The position numbers and the translations under genes were made by a program. Under the pieces are notes generated by a model. It saw nothing but the letters and a program-made list of their open reading frames with translations, was not told the origin of the DNA and ran no database searches. Below, one piece after another: positions 53,674-64,000 of a DNA stretch of 64,000 bases (position 1 is its first letter; every line of letters starts with the position of its first letter). This DNA is from Methanocaldococcus sp. 16A (GTDB taxonomy: Archaea; AGJL01; Methanococci; Methanococcales; Methanocaldococcaceae), in the NCBI GenBank assembly GCA_049860595.1, contig CP187551.1; one strand, given 5' to 3'.

Positions 53674-54624
53674 ATGGAAAAACCATGGGTAGAAAAGTAT
53701 AGACCAAAGACATTAGATGATATTGTAGGGCAGGATGAAATCGTAAAGAGATTAAAGAAATATGTTGAAAAAAAGAGTATGCCGCATCTTTTGTTCAGCG
53801 GACCTCCAGGAGTTGGAAAAACTACTGCTGCTTTATGTTTAGCAAGGGATTTATTTGGAGAAAATTGGAGAGACAATTTTTTAGAGCTTAACGCTAGTGA
53901 TGAGAGAGGGATAGATGTTATTAGAACAAAAGTAAAAGATTTTGCAAGAACTAAACCTATTGGAGACGTTCCATTTAAAATTATATTCTTAGATGAGAGT
54001 GACGCATTAACTGCAGATGCTCAAAACGCTTTAAGAAGAACTATGGAGAAATATTCAGATGTAGCTCGTTTTATCCTCTCTTGCAACTATCCGAGCAAAA
54101 TTATTCCACCAATCCAATCAAGATGTGCTGTCTTTAGATTTTCACCATTAAAGAAGGAAGATATTGCCAAAAAATTAAAAGAAATTGCTGAGAAGGAGGG
54201 ATTAAACTTAACTGAAAGTGGTTTGGAGGCAATTATTTATGTCTCTGAAGGAGATATGAGAAAGGCAATAAATGTTTTACAAACAGCAGCAGCTTTAAGT
54301 GATGTTATAGACGATGAGATTGTTTATAAAGTCTCATCAAGAGCAAGACCTGAGGAAGTTAAGAAAATGATGCAATTGGCTTTAGATGGAAAGTTTATTG
54401 AAGCGAGAGATTTATTATATAAACTTATGGTTGAGTGGGGAATGAGTGGAGAGGATATATTAAACCAGATGTTTAGAGAATTAAATAACTTAGATATTGA
54501 TGAGAGAAAGAAGGTTGAGTTGGCAGATGCTATTGGTGAAACTGACTTTAGAATAGTTGAAGGAGCTAACGAAAGAATACAGTTGAGTGCTTTGTTGGCT
54601 AAGATGGCGTTAATGGGGAAATAA
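53674..54624 (+). CDS. rfcS: Replication factor C small subunit, intein-free
   Basis: [34 protein letters not shown]. Confidence 0.97.
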   Translation: MEKPWVEKYRPKTLDDIVGQDEIVKRLKKYVEKKSMPHLLFSGPPGVGKTTAALCLARDLFGENWRDNFLELNASDERGIDVIRTKVKDFARTKPIGDVPFKIIFLDESDALTADAQNALRRTMEKYSDVARFILSCNYPSKIIPPIQSRCAVFRFSPLKKEDIAKKLKEIAEKEGLNLTESGLEAIIYVSEGDMRKAINVLQTAAALSDVIDDEIVYKVSSRARPEEVKKMMQLALDGKFIEARDLLYKLMVEWGMSGEDILNQMFRELNNLDIDERKKVELADAIGETDFRIVEGANERIQLSALLAKMALMGK

Positions 54625-54648
54625 AAATTTAATTTAGTTTAATTAAAT

Positions 54649-57261
54649 TTAACTCCTCTTTTTCATGAATAATTTTATTATTTCCATAAAGATAGATGTT
54701 GAAAATGCTCCCACCAAACAAATAATCCATTCTTTTAAATTTAATGGGGTAAATTTAAAAATTTCCTGCAGAAATGGAATATATACAACAAATAATGTTG
54801 TTAAAGCAATAATTGTAGCTGATAATATTAGCAATTTATTTGCAAAAATACCAATTTTGAAAATGGATTCCTCTAAAGACCTGAAGTTGAAGGTATTAAA
54901 TACCACCATGCCCACTATAGTTACAAAAACCATTGTTCTTGCTTTTTCTATGCTAATTGTTGGATTGGATATGATAAATATTAAAAAAGCCACTGTTGCC
55001 ATGAATAATGCCAAACTAAAAACTAAAATGGAATTTCTCCTTGTTAATATTCCTCTCCCAACTTCTCTTGGTGGTTTGTTCATAATATCTTCTCTTGCAG
55101 GGTCTAAACCTAACGCTATTGCAGGCATCTCCTCATCAAACATATTTATAAATAAAATTTGTAATGGTAGTAATGGCAAAAATTCAAATCCTAATAAAAT
55201 TATGCCTAATCCTATAAGGATTACCTCTGTGAAGTTTCTTGAGATAAGATAGCAAGTAAATTTTTCAATATTTTCATATATGGCTCTACCATTTTTAATT
55301 GCTTCAACTATCGTAGCAAAGTTATCATCTTGCAAAATCATGTCACTTGCTTCCCTTGCTACATCAGTTCCTTTAATGCCCATTGCTATGCCAATGTCTG
55401 CGTTCTTTAATGCAGGGGCATCATTAACACCATCTCCCGTCATTGCTACTATATGCCCCTTTTTCTTTAATGCATTCACTATTCTCAACTTTTGTTCTGG
55501 AACTACTCTTGCATAAACAATAATATCTTCAACAATACTCCCTAATTCCTCATCCCTTAGCCTATTTAATTCACTTCCAGTTATAACACCTTTTTCTAAA
55601 AATTTTTTAAGTTTTTTATTGTTTATTGTTTTTTTATTCTCTTCAAATAGTCCAATTTTCTTAGCTACTGCTTTTGCCGTCTCTTCATTATCTCCAGTAA
55701 CCATAATAACTTTTATATGTCCCCTCTTACATGCTTCTATTGCTTCTTTTACACCTTCCCTTGGCGGGTCTATCATAGCAATTAAGCCTAAAAAAACTAA
55801 ATTTTCTTCAATATTCTTTGGAGTTATTTTAGATGTTTCTTTATATGCAACACCAAGAACTCGAAAGGCAGAACTTGCAAAATCTTTATTTATTTTCAAT
55901 ATCTTTGTCTTTTCATCATCACTAAATTCCTTTATCTTATCTTTTTTCTTTATGAATTTACATTTTTTTAAAATAATCTCTGGAGCCCCTTTTGAGAAAA
56001 TTAAGAATTTCCCATCTTTTTTATGTATGGTTGTCATCATCTTTCTTTCAGAGGTAAATATAATTTCCCCTACTCTTGGATACTCTTTTTCTAAATCTTC
56101 TTTCCATAAATCCGCCTTTGTTGCTGCAACAATTAATGCCCCTTCTGTCGGGTCTCCAATAATCCCCCACTTTCCCTCTTTTTCTTCAAGAACAGAATTA
56201 TTACATAAAGCAACTGCTTTTAATAGCAAAATTAAATTCTCCTCTTTATTAATATCAACTTCTATCCCATTATAAAAAAATCTCCCTTTTGGCTCATAAC
56301 CAATTCCAGTTACATCAAAAATCTTGTCATCAACAAAAATCTTCTCAACTGTCATCTCATTTTTTGTTATTGTTCCAGTTTTGTCTGCACAGATTATTGT
56401 TACTGAGCCAAGAGTCTCAACTGCAAGTAATTTTCTTATTATAGCGTTTTGCTTGGCCATACGGTTCATGCCAAAGGATAACGTTAAAGTTAATGCTAAG
56501 GGCAATCCTTCAGGAACAGCGGCAACTGCCAACGCTAGAGCAACCACCAAAATCTCAAGTATTGGGATTCCTTTAACTACTCCAAAAATGAATATAATCA
56601 CACAAGCAATTAAGGCTATTAATGCCAAAATCTTCCCTAACTTTGTTATTTTTTCTTGCAGTGGTGTTTTTTCTTCTATATCTTGAATCATTCTTGCTAT
56701 CTTTCCTAACTTTGTGTTCATCCCTGTTGCTACTACAACAGCTTTACACTTTCCATGAACAATTTGTGTTCCTGCAAAAATTAAATCTCCGTTTTTCTTT
56801 TCTATTGCCTTACTTTCTCCAGTTAGAATTGATTCATCAACTTTTAGATTAATTGCTTCAATAACCTCTGCATCTGCAGGGATTTTATCTCCCATCTCCA
56901 AAATTAGTAAATCTCCTGGAACAACTTCCCTACTAAGAATTTTTCTTATCTTCCCTTCTCTTATAACTCTTGTTGTTGGTTGGACAATTTTTTTCAACGC
57001 TTCCATTGCACTCTCTGCTTTATACTCCTGAATAAACCCTAAAAATATAATAAAAAATAGAAGAAAAATAATAACCCAAAAATTTAAAATTTCTCCAATA
57101 AAAAACGATATAATAGCAGCTACAAAGAGAATCCAAACTAAAATATTGGAAAATTGTCTCAATAAAATTTTGACCCATGTAACTTTTTTCTTTTCTTTAA
57201 GTTCATTGTATCCATATTTTTTTATTCTTTCTTCTACTTCAAGATTTGATAAACCATTCAT
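54649..57261 (-). CDS. P-type (P2-like) cation-transporting ATPase
   Basis: TGES, PEGLP, DKTGT, GDPTE, KGAPE, DPPR, TGDN, TGDGVNDAPALK; 10-TM layout. Confidence 0.93.
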   Translation of the reverse strand: MNGLSNLEVEERIKKYGYNELKEKKKVTWVKILLRQFSNILVWILFVAAIISFFIGEILNFWVIIFLLFFIIFLGFIQEYKAESAMEALKKIVQPTTRVIREGKIRKILSREVVPGDLLILEMGDKIPADAEVIEAINLKVDESILTGESKAIEKKNGDLIFAGTQIVHGKCKAVVVATGMNTKLGKIARMIQDIEEKTPLQEKITKLGKILALIALIACVIIFIFGVVKGIPILEILVVALALAVAAVPEGLPLALTLTLSFGMNRMAKQNAIIRKLLAVETLGSVTIICADKTGTITKNEMTVEKIFVDDKIFDVTGIGYEPKGRFFYNGIEVDINKEENLILLLKAVALCNNSVLEEKEGKWGIIGDPTEGALIVAATKADLWKEDLEKEYPRVGEIIFTSERKMMTTIHKKDGKFLIFSKGAPEIILKKCKFIKKKDKIKEFSDDEKTKILKINKDFASSAFRVLGVAYKETSKITPKNIEENLVFLGLIAMIDPPREGVKEAIEACKRGHIKVIMVTGDNEETAKAVAKKIGLFEENKKTINNKKLKKFLEKGVITGSELNRLRDEELGSIVEDIIVYARVVPEQKLRIVNALKKKGHIVAMTGDGVNDAPALKNADIGIAMGIKGTDVAREASDMILQDDNFATIVEAIKNGRAIYENIEKFTCYLISRNFTEVILIGLGIILLGFEFLPLLPLQILFINMFDEEMPAIALGLDPAREDIMNKPPREVGRGILTRRNSILVFSLALFMATVAFLIFIISNPTISIEKARTMVFVTIVGMVVFNTFNFRSLEESIFKIGIFANKLLILSATIIALTTLFVVYIPFLQEIFKFTPLNLKEWIICLVGAFSTSIFMEIIKLFMKKRS

Positions 57262-57362
57262 CAATATCACTACAAAGAAGTAATATAGTAACGTTTATAA
57301 TTCACAACTTATAAATCTTTTTTGACTAAGCTATTTTGGACATAAAGAAGTAGGAGATAGTT

Positions 57363-58688
57363 ATGAAAAGAATTGTGCTTGCTGGAACATCAAGTGAAGT
57401 AGGGAAAACAGTTATTTCTACTGGAATTATGAAAGCTTTATCAAAAAAATACAACGTTCAAGGCTATAAGGTAGGGCCGGATTATATAGACCCAACTTAT
57501 CATACAATAGCCACTGGAAATAAATCAAGAAATCTTGACTCATTTTTTATGAATAAGGAGCAAATAAAATATCTCTTCCAAAAACATTCTAAAGATAAAG
57601 ATATAAGCGTCATTGAAGGAGTTAGGGGACTTTATGAGGGAATATCTTCAATAGAGGATGTTGGAAGTACTGCAAGTGTAGCTAAAGCTTTAGAAAGCCC
57701 CATAATTCTGCTTGTAAATGCAAAGAGCTTAACAAGAAGTGCAATAGCAATGATAAAAGGTTTTATGAGTTTTGATAATGTGAAAATTAAAGGAGTTATT
57801 TTCAATTTTGTTAGAAGTGAAAACCACATAAAGAAATTAAAAGAGGCTATGAGCTATTATTTACCAGATGTTGAGATAATTGGCTTTATTCCAAGGAATG
57901 AAAATTTCAAAGTTGAAGGAAGGCATCTTGGTTTAATTCCAACACCGGAAAATTTAGAGGAGATAAAGAATAAGGTAGAATTATGGGGAGAGTTAGTTGA
58001 GAAGTATTTAGATTTAGATAAAATTGTGGAAATTGCCGATGAGGATTTTGAAGAGATTGATGATGTCTTTTTATGGGAAGTTAATGAAAATTACAAAAAA
58101 ATAGCTGTTGCTTATGATGAAGCATTTAACTTTTACTATTGGGATAACTTTGACGCCTTAAAAGAAAATAAAGCTAAAATAGAATTTTTCAGCCCATTAA
58201 AAGATATTGAAGTTCCAGATGCTGATATATTGTATATTGGAGGGGGATATCCAGAACTCTTTAAAGAAAAACTAAGTAAAAATAAAGAAATTATTGAAAG
58301 TATTAGGGAATTTGATGGCTACATTTATGGAGAATGTGGAGGCTTGATGTATTTAACAAAATCTATAGATGGAGTTCCAATGGTTGGCTTATTAAACTGC
58401 TCTGCAGTTATGACAAAGCATGTTCAAGGGCTTAGTTATGTTAAAGCTGAATTTTTAGAAAATTGCTTAATTGGAAGAAAAGGATTAAAGTTTAAAGGGC
58501 ATGAATTCCATTATTCAAAGCTTATCAATATAAAAGAAGAGAGATTTGCTTATAAAATAGAGAGAGGGAGAGGTATTGTTAATAACTTAGATGGAATTTT
58601 TAATGGGAAGGTTTTAGCAGGTTATTTACATAATCATGCAGTAGCCAACCCTTATTTTGCTTCATCTATGGTTAATTTTGAAGAATAA
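57363..58688 (+). CDS. cfbB: Cobyrinate/Ni-sirohydrochlorin a,c-diamide synthase (CbiA/CfbB)
   Basis: [43 protein letters not shown]. Confidence 0.9.
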   Translation: MKRIVLAGTSSEVGKTVISTGIMKALSKKYNVQGYKVGPDYIDPTYHTIATGNKSRNLDSFFMNKEQIKYLFQKHSKDKDISVIEGVRGLYEGISSIEDVGSTASVAKALESPIILLVNAKSLTRSAIAMIKGFMSFDNVKIKGVIFNFVRSENHIKKLKEAMSYYLPDVEIIGFIPRNENFKVEGRHLGLIPTPENLEEIKNKVELWGELVEKYLDLDKIVEIADEDFEEIDDVFLWEVNENYKKIAVAYDEAFNFYYWDNFDALKENKAKIEFFSPLKDIEVPDADILYIGGGYPELFKEKLSKNKEIIESIREFDGYIYGECGGLMYLTKSIDGVPMVGLLNCSAVMTKHVQGLSYVKAEFLENCLIGRKGLKFKGHEFHYSKLINIKEERFAYKIERGRGIVNNLDGIFNGKVLAGYLHNHAVANPYFASSMVNFEE

Positions 58689-58817
58689 AACTTTTATTTT
58701 TTAAGATATTTGGCATTATAACATAATTTTTAATTTAATTTATTATTCATGGTTTTAAAAAACTATTTATAGAAAGTTTGGTAATTAATTACATAAAATA
58801 TGAAATTATGTGATAAT

Positions 58818-59663
58818 ATGTTAAGAGGTAAAGAAGCTACTTTAGCTGGGATAATAAGAGTTATCATTGAAGAAGAGCCAGAAACACAGGATGAAATAGC
58901 TGAGAAACTTGGAATTAGTAGAAGATACGTTGCTAAGCTTTTAAAGCCATTGATTGATGAGAAGATAGTTAAACATCCTTATGTTGTAGATATGAGTAAA
59001 TTGCATAAAATAAATTTAGAATTTGATGAATATATCTTAATGAAAGAGATAAAAACAACCTTAGAAAAGATGGAAAAAACTCTTTTAAATAACTTGGATT
59101 TAGTTTATACTGCTTTAAAAAATAACGATAAAAAATTAGCTGAAGATATAATCATTAAAGATTATGCCCTAAACAAAATGGAGGAAGAAATTAGAATGCT
59201 CTTAGGACTGAATGCTTTAAAATATTTGCCAGGAGCTTATGCCAATGCCTTTGCCACTATAGCTTCAAATCTTGAAAGATTGGGGGATTATATAGCAAAC
59301 ATTGCTGAAGAGGTAGTTCATGGGCTTAAATTAGATGATGATATTGAGAATGAAGTTGAAGAAATCTTTAATATCCTTAGAGAGATGCTAACTGAGGCAA
59401 TAGATGTTGTTAAAAGTAAGAGGAAAGAAACAAAAATACATGAGCTTGAAGAGCAGTTGCATAAAAATCTTGAGCTATTGTTGAATAAAGTCCTAAAAAA
59501 CAAAAGAGAGGACTTAAACTTCTATGTTCAATTTGGTATGTTTTTAAAAGATATTGAGAGATTTGGAGATAGATGTGTGAATATTGTAGATATTGCTTTA
59601 GAATTATATCATAATATACCAAGAAGTCCTATACCTGAGAGGTTGAAAAGGGGAATGTTATGA
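58818..59663 (+). CDS. HTH-PhoU domain regulator
   Basis: [19 protein letters not shown]; two PhoU repeats (LERLGDY..NIAE, IERFGD...NI). Confidence 0.85.
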   Translation: MLRGKEATLAGIIRVIIEEEPETQDEIAEKLGISRRYVAKLLKPLIDEKIVKHPYVVDMSKLHKINLEFDEYILMKEIKTTLEKMEKTLLNNLDLVYTALKNNDKKLAEDIIIKDYALNKMEEEIRMLLGLNALKYLPGAYANAFATIASNLERLGDYIANIAEEVVHGLKLDDDIENEVEEIFNILREMLTEAIDVVKSKRKETKIHELEEQLHKNLELLLNKVLKNKREDLNFYVQFGMFLKDIERFGDRCVNIVDIALELYHNIPRSPIPERLKRGML

Positions 59664-60280
59664 GGGAGTTTATATTTAAAGCAAATAAAACTATAACCTC
59701 ATCAAATATAAATTTAAAAGATTTACCAGGAAGTTGTGGAAGGTTGGATTTACTTTGCAGATGTGTTAGCGATGCCTTCTTTTTATCTCATGATATAAGA
59801 AAGAATGTAATTTTTTATGCTGTATTGTATGGGCAACCAAATCCACCAGTTTGTATAAAGTTTGTTGGTAGTGAATTAAAAAAGGTTTCTCCAGATGAGA
59901 GAAATATAGCCATATTTATAAAAAAAGCCCTTAAAAAATTTGAAGAACTTGATGAAGATGAAAAAAAAAGCTGGAATCTATCAACACCAGGAATTTATGT
60001 AAAGAGATTAGGATTTAGAGATTTAATTTTAGAAAAAATCAATGAAGGAAAGAACATTTATTATTTACATAAAAATGGAGAAGATGTTGAAAATGTTGAG
60101 ATAGAAAATCCAGTTTTTATACTTGGAGACCACATAGGAATTGGAGAAGAGGATGAGAAATTTTTAGATGAAATTAAAGCTAAAAAAATATCTCTATCAC
60201 CATTAGAGTTGCATGCAAATCATTGTATAACTATAATACATAATGTTTTGGATAAAAGAAATACACTAAACTCATTTTAA
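59660..60280 (+). CDS. trmY: tRNA pseudouridine54-N1 methyltransferase
   Basis: [35 protein letters not shown]. Confidence 0.93.
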   Translation: MREFIFKANKTITSSNINLKDLPGSCGRLDLLCRCVSDAFFLSHDIRKNVIFYAVLYGQPNPPVCIKFVGSELKKVSPDERNIAIFIKKALKKFEELDEDEKKSWNLSTPGIYVKRLGFRDLILEKINEGKNIYYLHKNGEDVENVEIENPVFILGDHIGIGEEDEKFLDEIKAKKISLSPLELHANHCITIIHNVLDKRNTLNSF

Positions 60281-60291
60281 TGGTGAATACA

Positions 60292-61419
60292 ATGAAATTC
60301 TTTGATAGAGAAAATGAGATAGAAGAATTCATTAATATAATAAATAGAGAGCCAGATGACGTTTATTTTATTTTTGGACCGATAAATAGTGGGAAATCTG
60401 CTCTGATAAGAGAGATTATAGCCAATAAATTAGACAAATCCAAATACATTCCATTTTTTATTGATTTTAGGACAAGGAATATTGTGAATGTTGATAACTT
60501 TATTGAATGTTTATTTGAAGTGGATGAAAAATCGAAAGTAGATGATTTTAGAGAGTATGCTAAATCATTGGCTGATTTATTAATTAAAGGTTCAGAGGAA
60601 TTAACTAACTTCTACTTAGGCATGCCTATAAAAATCCCAAAACCATTTTTTGATAAGATTTTCAATAAAAAAGATAAGTCAGGAGATGTTTATCAATATA
60701 TTGAATATTTATTCGCTAAATTAAATGAAAAGGGAAAAAAGCCAATACTAATATTTGATGAACTGCAGATGATTAGAGAAATAACTTTAAATGGAAATAG
60801 GTTATTATTGTGGAGTTTGTTTCAATTTTTAGTAGCTTTAACTAAAGTTCAACATCTATGCCATGTTTTTTGTCTAAGTTCTGATAGTTTGTTTATTGAG
60901 TATGTTTATAACACTGGAGAGTTAGAAGGAAGAGCTAAATACATATTAGTGGATGACTTCGATAAAGAAACTGCCTTAAAATTTATTGATTTCTTAGTTA
61001 AAGAGAATAATATTAATTTAACTAATAAAGAAAAAGAATTAATCTATAATTATGTTGGAGGAAAAGCAAAGGATATAAAGTATGTTGTTGAAGAAAGTAA
61101 ATTTAAAGATTTAAAAGATGTTTTAGAGTATATGCTTAAAGAAGAAATGTCAAAATTAGATATGTTTTTAGATATGTTGGATTATTCAAAACCAAAGGTA
61201 AAGATTGGTGATGAAATTATTGAAATAAAAAAAGAAGATATAGTAAATGCTTTAAGGTTATTCAAAGAGAATTATGAGATTAATAAAAAAGAAATTCCAG
61301 TGCCAGTTTATACTTATTTAATTAAGAAAAACATCCTTTTCTTAAATCCAATAGAAGGTACTTTAAAGCCACAAAGCTTTTTAGTATGGAATGCAATAAA
61401 ACAATCAAAATTATTATAA
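60292..61419 (+). CDS. Archaeal (MJ-type STAND) ATPase
   Basis: [31 protein letters not shown], wHTH-like C-terminus. Confidence 0.88.
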   Translation: MKFFDRENEIEEFINIINREPDDVYFIFGPINSGKSALIREIIANKLDKSKYIPFFIDFRTRNIVNVDNFIECLFEVDEKSKVDDFREYAKSLADLLIKGSEELTNFYLGMPIKIPKPFFDKIFNKKDKSGDVYQYIEYLFAKLNEKGKKPILIFDELQMIREITLNGNRLLLWSLFQFLVALTKVQHLCHVFCLSSDSLFIEYVYNTGELEGRAKYILVDDFDKETALKFIDFLVKENNINLTNKEKELIYNYVGGKAKDIKYVVEESKFKDLKDVLEYMLKEEMSKLDMFLDMLDYSKPKVKIGDEIIEIKKEDIVNALRLFKENYEINKKEIPVPVYTYLIKKNILFLNPIEGTLKPQSFLVWNAIKQSKLL

Positions 61420-61429
61420 GGTATAAAAC

Positions 61430-62212
61430 ATGGAATTTGAAAAATTTATTGAAGATAAAATAAATAAAAAACTTAAAGAATTGAGATTAAAAAATTCATT
61501 GGAAATTTTAGAAAGGTTAGATATTAGTATAGAGCTTAAAGAAGCTCTAAGATGTATGGTTATGAAAAGATTGGATGGAGATAAAGAGTTTTATAAGGTT
61601 TCTATTGATAAAAAGCCAAGTGCAGTTGTTGCATTTAGTGGTGGAGTTGATAGCTCAACATCCACAATAATAGCAAAGCAAATTTTTGATGTTAAGGCAG
61701 TTTCTTGTTATTCAGAATATATAATGACAGATGAAATGAGAAAAAATGCTGAAAATGTTGCTAAAAATATAGGAGTAGATTTAGAGTTTATAGACGTTGA
61801 TTTAAAAGAGATTTATGAAGGAGTTATTAAAGGGAGGTTTCATCCTTGTGGTAGATGCCATAAAATTGTTGAAAATGCTGTTATGAATTATGCTAAAAAA
61901 ATTAACGCTGAGTTTGTTATATTTGGTGATTTATTAGCTTTTGGATATTTAACTTTATATAAAAATAACAATTTATTTAGGTTTAATTTGCCATCTTTTT
62001 TTGCCTTAACAAAGGATGAAGAAAGAGAAATATTAAAAAATAATGGCATTGAGATTAAAGCATCTTATGGTTGCCCATTATTAAAAACTTATCATAAACA
62101 CAATAGGGGATATAAATTTACCATTCAAAGAATTTTAAGAGAGGTTAGGGGAAGAGTTATTAGCTATGAGGAAGGTGTTAAAAATATAAAAGATATAGTT
62201 GGTTTAAAATAA
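61430..62212 (+). CDS. PP-loop (adenine nucleotide alpha hydrolase) family protein
   Basis: AFSGGVDSS, HPCGRC, YGCPLL. Confidence 0.85.
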   Translation: MEFEKFIEDKINKKLKELRLKNSLEILERLDISIELKEALRCMVMKRLDGDKEFYKVSIDKKPSAVVAFSGGVDSSTSTIIAKQIFDVKAVSCYSEYIMTDEMRKNAENVAKNIGVDLEFIDVDLKEIYEGVIKGRFHPCGRCHKIVENAVMNYAKKINAEFVIFGDLLAFGYLTLYKNNNLFRFNLPSFFALTKDEEREILKNNGIEIKASYGCPLLKTYHKHNRGYKFTIQRILREVRGRVISYEEGVKNIKDIVGLK

Positions 62213-62229
62213 AAAATAAAATTCAAATT

Positions 62230-63201
62230 TTATAACTCAATCCATCCCAAAGACTTTTTAAGGACTTCTGCGTTAATCTTTCCAGCTCTATAAACTTTGC
62301 CTCTTGTTATGTCATTAATTACAACTACTGCTGGAGCAAACATTCCTTTGTCAATTTTGTAGAAATCATAGTCAGCAGCTTTGAATACTTCCATAAATGG
62401 TTTTCCATAATCTTTTGATGTACATGAAGGTAATGCTTTACATAAAGCTTCAATGTCATCGTTTTCATCGCTCTTAATGTAGTAGTAGGTTATTCCTCCA
62501 TATAAAACCATATCATTTGTAGCTCCCATCATAGCGAAGTCATCGCCAATTATTGGAGCAATTGGAGCTAAACCTGCTGCATACTTAACCTTTGTAACAT
62601 CAAACTCTAAAACTTCTAACATCTTGTATGTTCCATTCTCTACAACTCTACCACTAATCTGGATTGAACCAACTAATGATGCTGTTGGAGCTACTAATAA
62701 ATAAACATTCTCTGGCTCAACGCCACATTCTTTAGCTATATAATCAGCAACTTCTTCATTTGGTAATTTTGATGCCTCTAAACACAAAACAGCAACATCA
62801 GCATCATCTTCATATCCAATTTCTTCATAAGTTTTCTTTGGTTTTTTAGCTAAAGCTCTTGCAGGTCCTGAACCCATAGCAAAGTACTTTCCAACCTTAA
62901 CTGCCCATCCTGCCTTTTGAGCACCTAATGTAGCTATTGCTGGATGTGATGTTTTTACTTTAACAAAAGGAAGGTTTATTCCATCAAAACCAGCTGGTGA
63001 TAATGAGATGCCAACGTGAGCTAAACCTCCCAAACAAACTTTTGTATATAATTTCCCAGCTTCCCAGCTTCCAGGAACATTAACTCCACAATCTAAAACA
63101 GTAGCTCCGTTTTCTAATTTTATGATATCAATATTTAACTCTTCTTTATTTTCAATCATTTTATTTACAATCTCTAAGGCTTTTTTATTTACACTCAACA
63201 T
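62230..63201 (-). CDS. mch: Methenyltetrahydromethanopterin cyclohydrolase
   Basis: [43 protein letters not shown]. Confidence 0.97.
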   Translation of the reverse strand: MLSVNKKALEIVNKMIENKEELNIDIIKLENGATVLDCGVNVPGSWEAGKLYTKVCLGGLAHVGISLSPAGFDGINLPFVKVKTSHPAIATLGAQKAGWAVKVGKYFAMGSGPARALAKKPKKTYEEIGYEDDADVAVLCLEASKLPNEEVADYIAKECGVEPENVYLLVAPTASLVGSIQISGRVVENGTYKMLEVLEFDVTKVKYAAGLAPIAPIIGDDFAMMGATNDMVLYGGITYYYIKSDENDDIEALCKALPSCTSKDYGKPFMEVFKAADYDFYKIDKGMFAPAVVVINDITRGKVYRAGKINAEVLKKSLGWIEL

Positions 63202-63338
63202 TCTATCACCAAATAAAACATATAGCTTTATATAGCTTTTTTGTGGCTATATCCTATATAAGTTGTAGTCATATCGTTTTTATAGTTTATGATTTGAATT
63301 TGTTTAAATATAGTAACCAAATAACCAAATGTGATAAT

Positions 63339-64000
63339 ATGGATATGAGAGAGTGGGAAATATACTATAACAAAATTATAGACGATTTTGGATTTGATAA
63401 AAGTAAAGATGTTGAAAGTGCAGTTATTTTAAATGATATTTTAGAAAAAGCCAATAAAGTATCTATTAGGAAACTTAAAGATATTATCAAAGGTAGAGAA
63501 GTTTTTATTTTTGGTGCAGGACCGTCAATAAAAAGACATATTAGAATTATAAAGGAATTAAGAAAAAATTTTCCTGTAATAGTTGCTGATGGGGCATGTA
63601 AAGCATTTTTAGAAGAAGGCATAATTCCAGATATTATAGTTTCAGATTTGGATGGTGATTTAGAGGCACTAATTGAATGTAATAAAAATGGTTCTATAAT
63701 TGTAGTTCATGCACATGGAGATAACATTGAAAGAATTAAAGAATATGTTCCAAAGCTAAAAAATATCATTGGAAGCTGTCAAATACCAAATTATAAAGAG
63801 CTAAATTTAAAAAATGTAATTAACTTTGGTGGATTTACAGATGGAGATAGATGCTGTTTTTTAGCTTATTATTTTAATGCTAAGAAGCTAATATTGGGGG
63901 GAATGGACTTTGGAATCTATGTAACTAAATATTCAAGACCGAATATAAAAAATTATATAGAGAAAGGAGATGAAATAAAAATTAAAAAGTTAAAATATGC
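63339..64000 (+). CDS. mptE: 6-hydroxymethyl-7,8-dihydropterin pyrophosphokinase, 5' part (runs off window end)
   Basis: Manual translation: MDMREWEIYYNKIIDDFGF...FGAGPS...VADGA...PDIIVSDLDG...VHAHGDN...NFGGFTDGDR...GMDFG. Confidence 0.9.
   Translation, partial: MDMREWEIYYNKIIDDFGFDKSKDVESAVILNDILEKANKVSIRKLKDIIKGREVFIFGAGPSIKRHIRIIKELRKNFPVIVADGACKAFLEEGIIPDIIVSDLDGDLEALIECNKNGSIIVVHAHGDNIERIKEYVPKLKNIIGSCQIPNYKELNLKNVINFGGFTDGDRCCFLAYYFNAKKLILGGMDFGIYVTKYSRPNIKNYIEKGDEIKIKKLKY

Overview
AT-rich archaeal chromosomal window, almost certainly a Methanocaldococcus species. Genes resemble, from memory and without any search run, M. jannaschii blocks around MJ1416-1420, MJ1050-1053, MJ1359-1363, MJ1464-1421 and MJ1641-1634. 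Most of it is housekeeping and methanogenesis genes (lonB, glmS, hisD, aroD, fae-hps, pyrK, fen, cobN, aroK, cobS, hfq, cofH, hisI, mptG, comC, endA, cfbD, rfcS, cfbB, trmY, mch, mptE). Accessory genes are a type II R-M pair, a pentapeptide-repeat membrane protein, a P-type ATPase with unusual ion-site residues, a PIP-CTERM surface protein and a STAND-type ATPase. I saw no rRNA, tRNA, CRISPR array or transposase. The most striking signal is non-coding: at least three families of small palindromic elements. (1) A 110-bp MITE with 15-bp TIRs and a TA duplication sits in the 3' end of an endonuclease III gene and supplies a replacement fourth Fe-S cysteine, while the displaced native tail survives downstream. 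(2) Four TAGGACTTT...AAAGTCCTA elements occur, the longest with nested palindromes. (3) REP/BIME-like hairpin arrays with GC-GNA-GC loops supply stop codons to two genes. Also seen: a 1-nt frameshift at the cobN C-terminus, a duplicated gene-end scar before ade, and an orphan promoter with a candidate sRNA.
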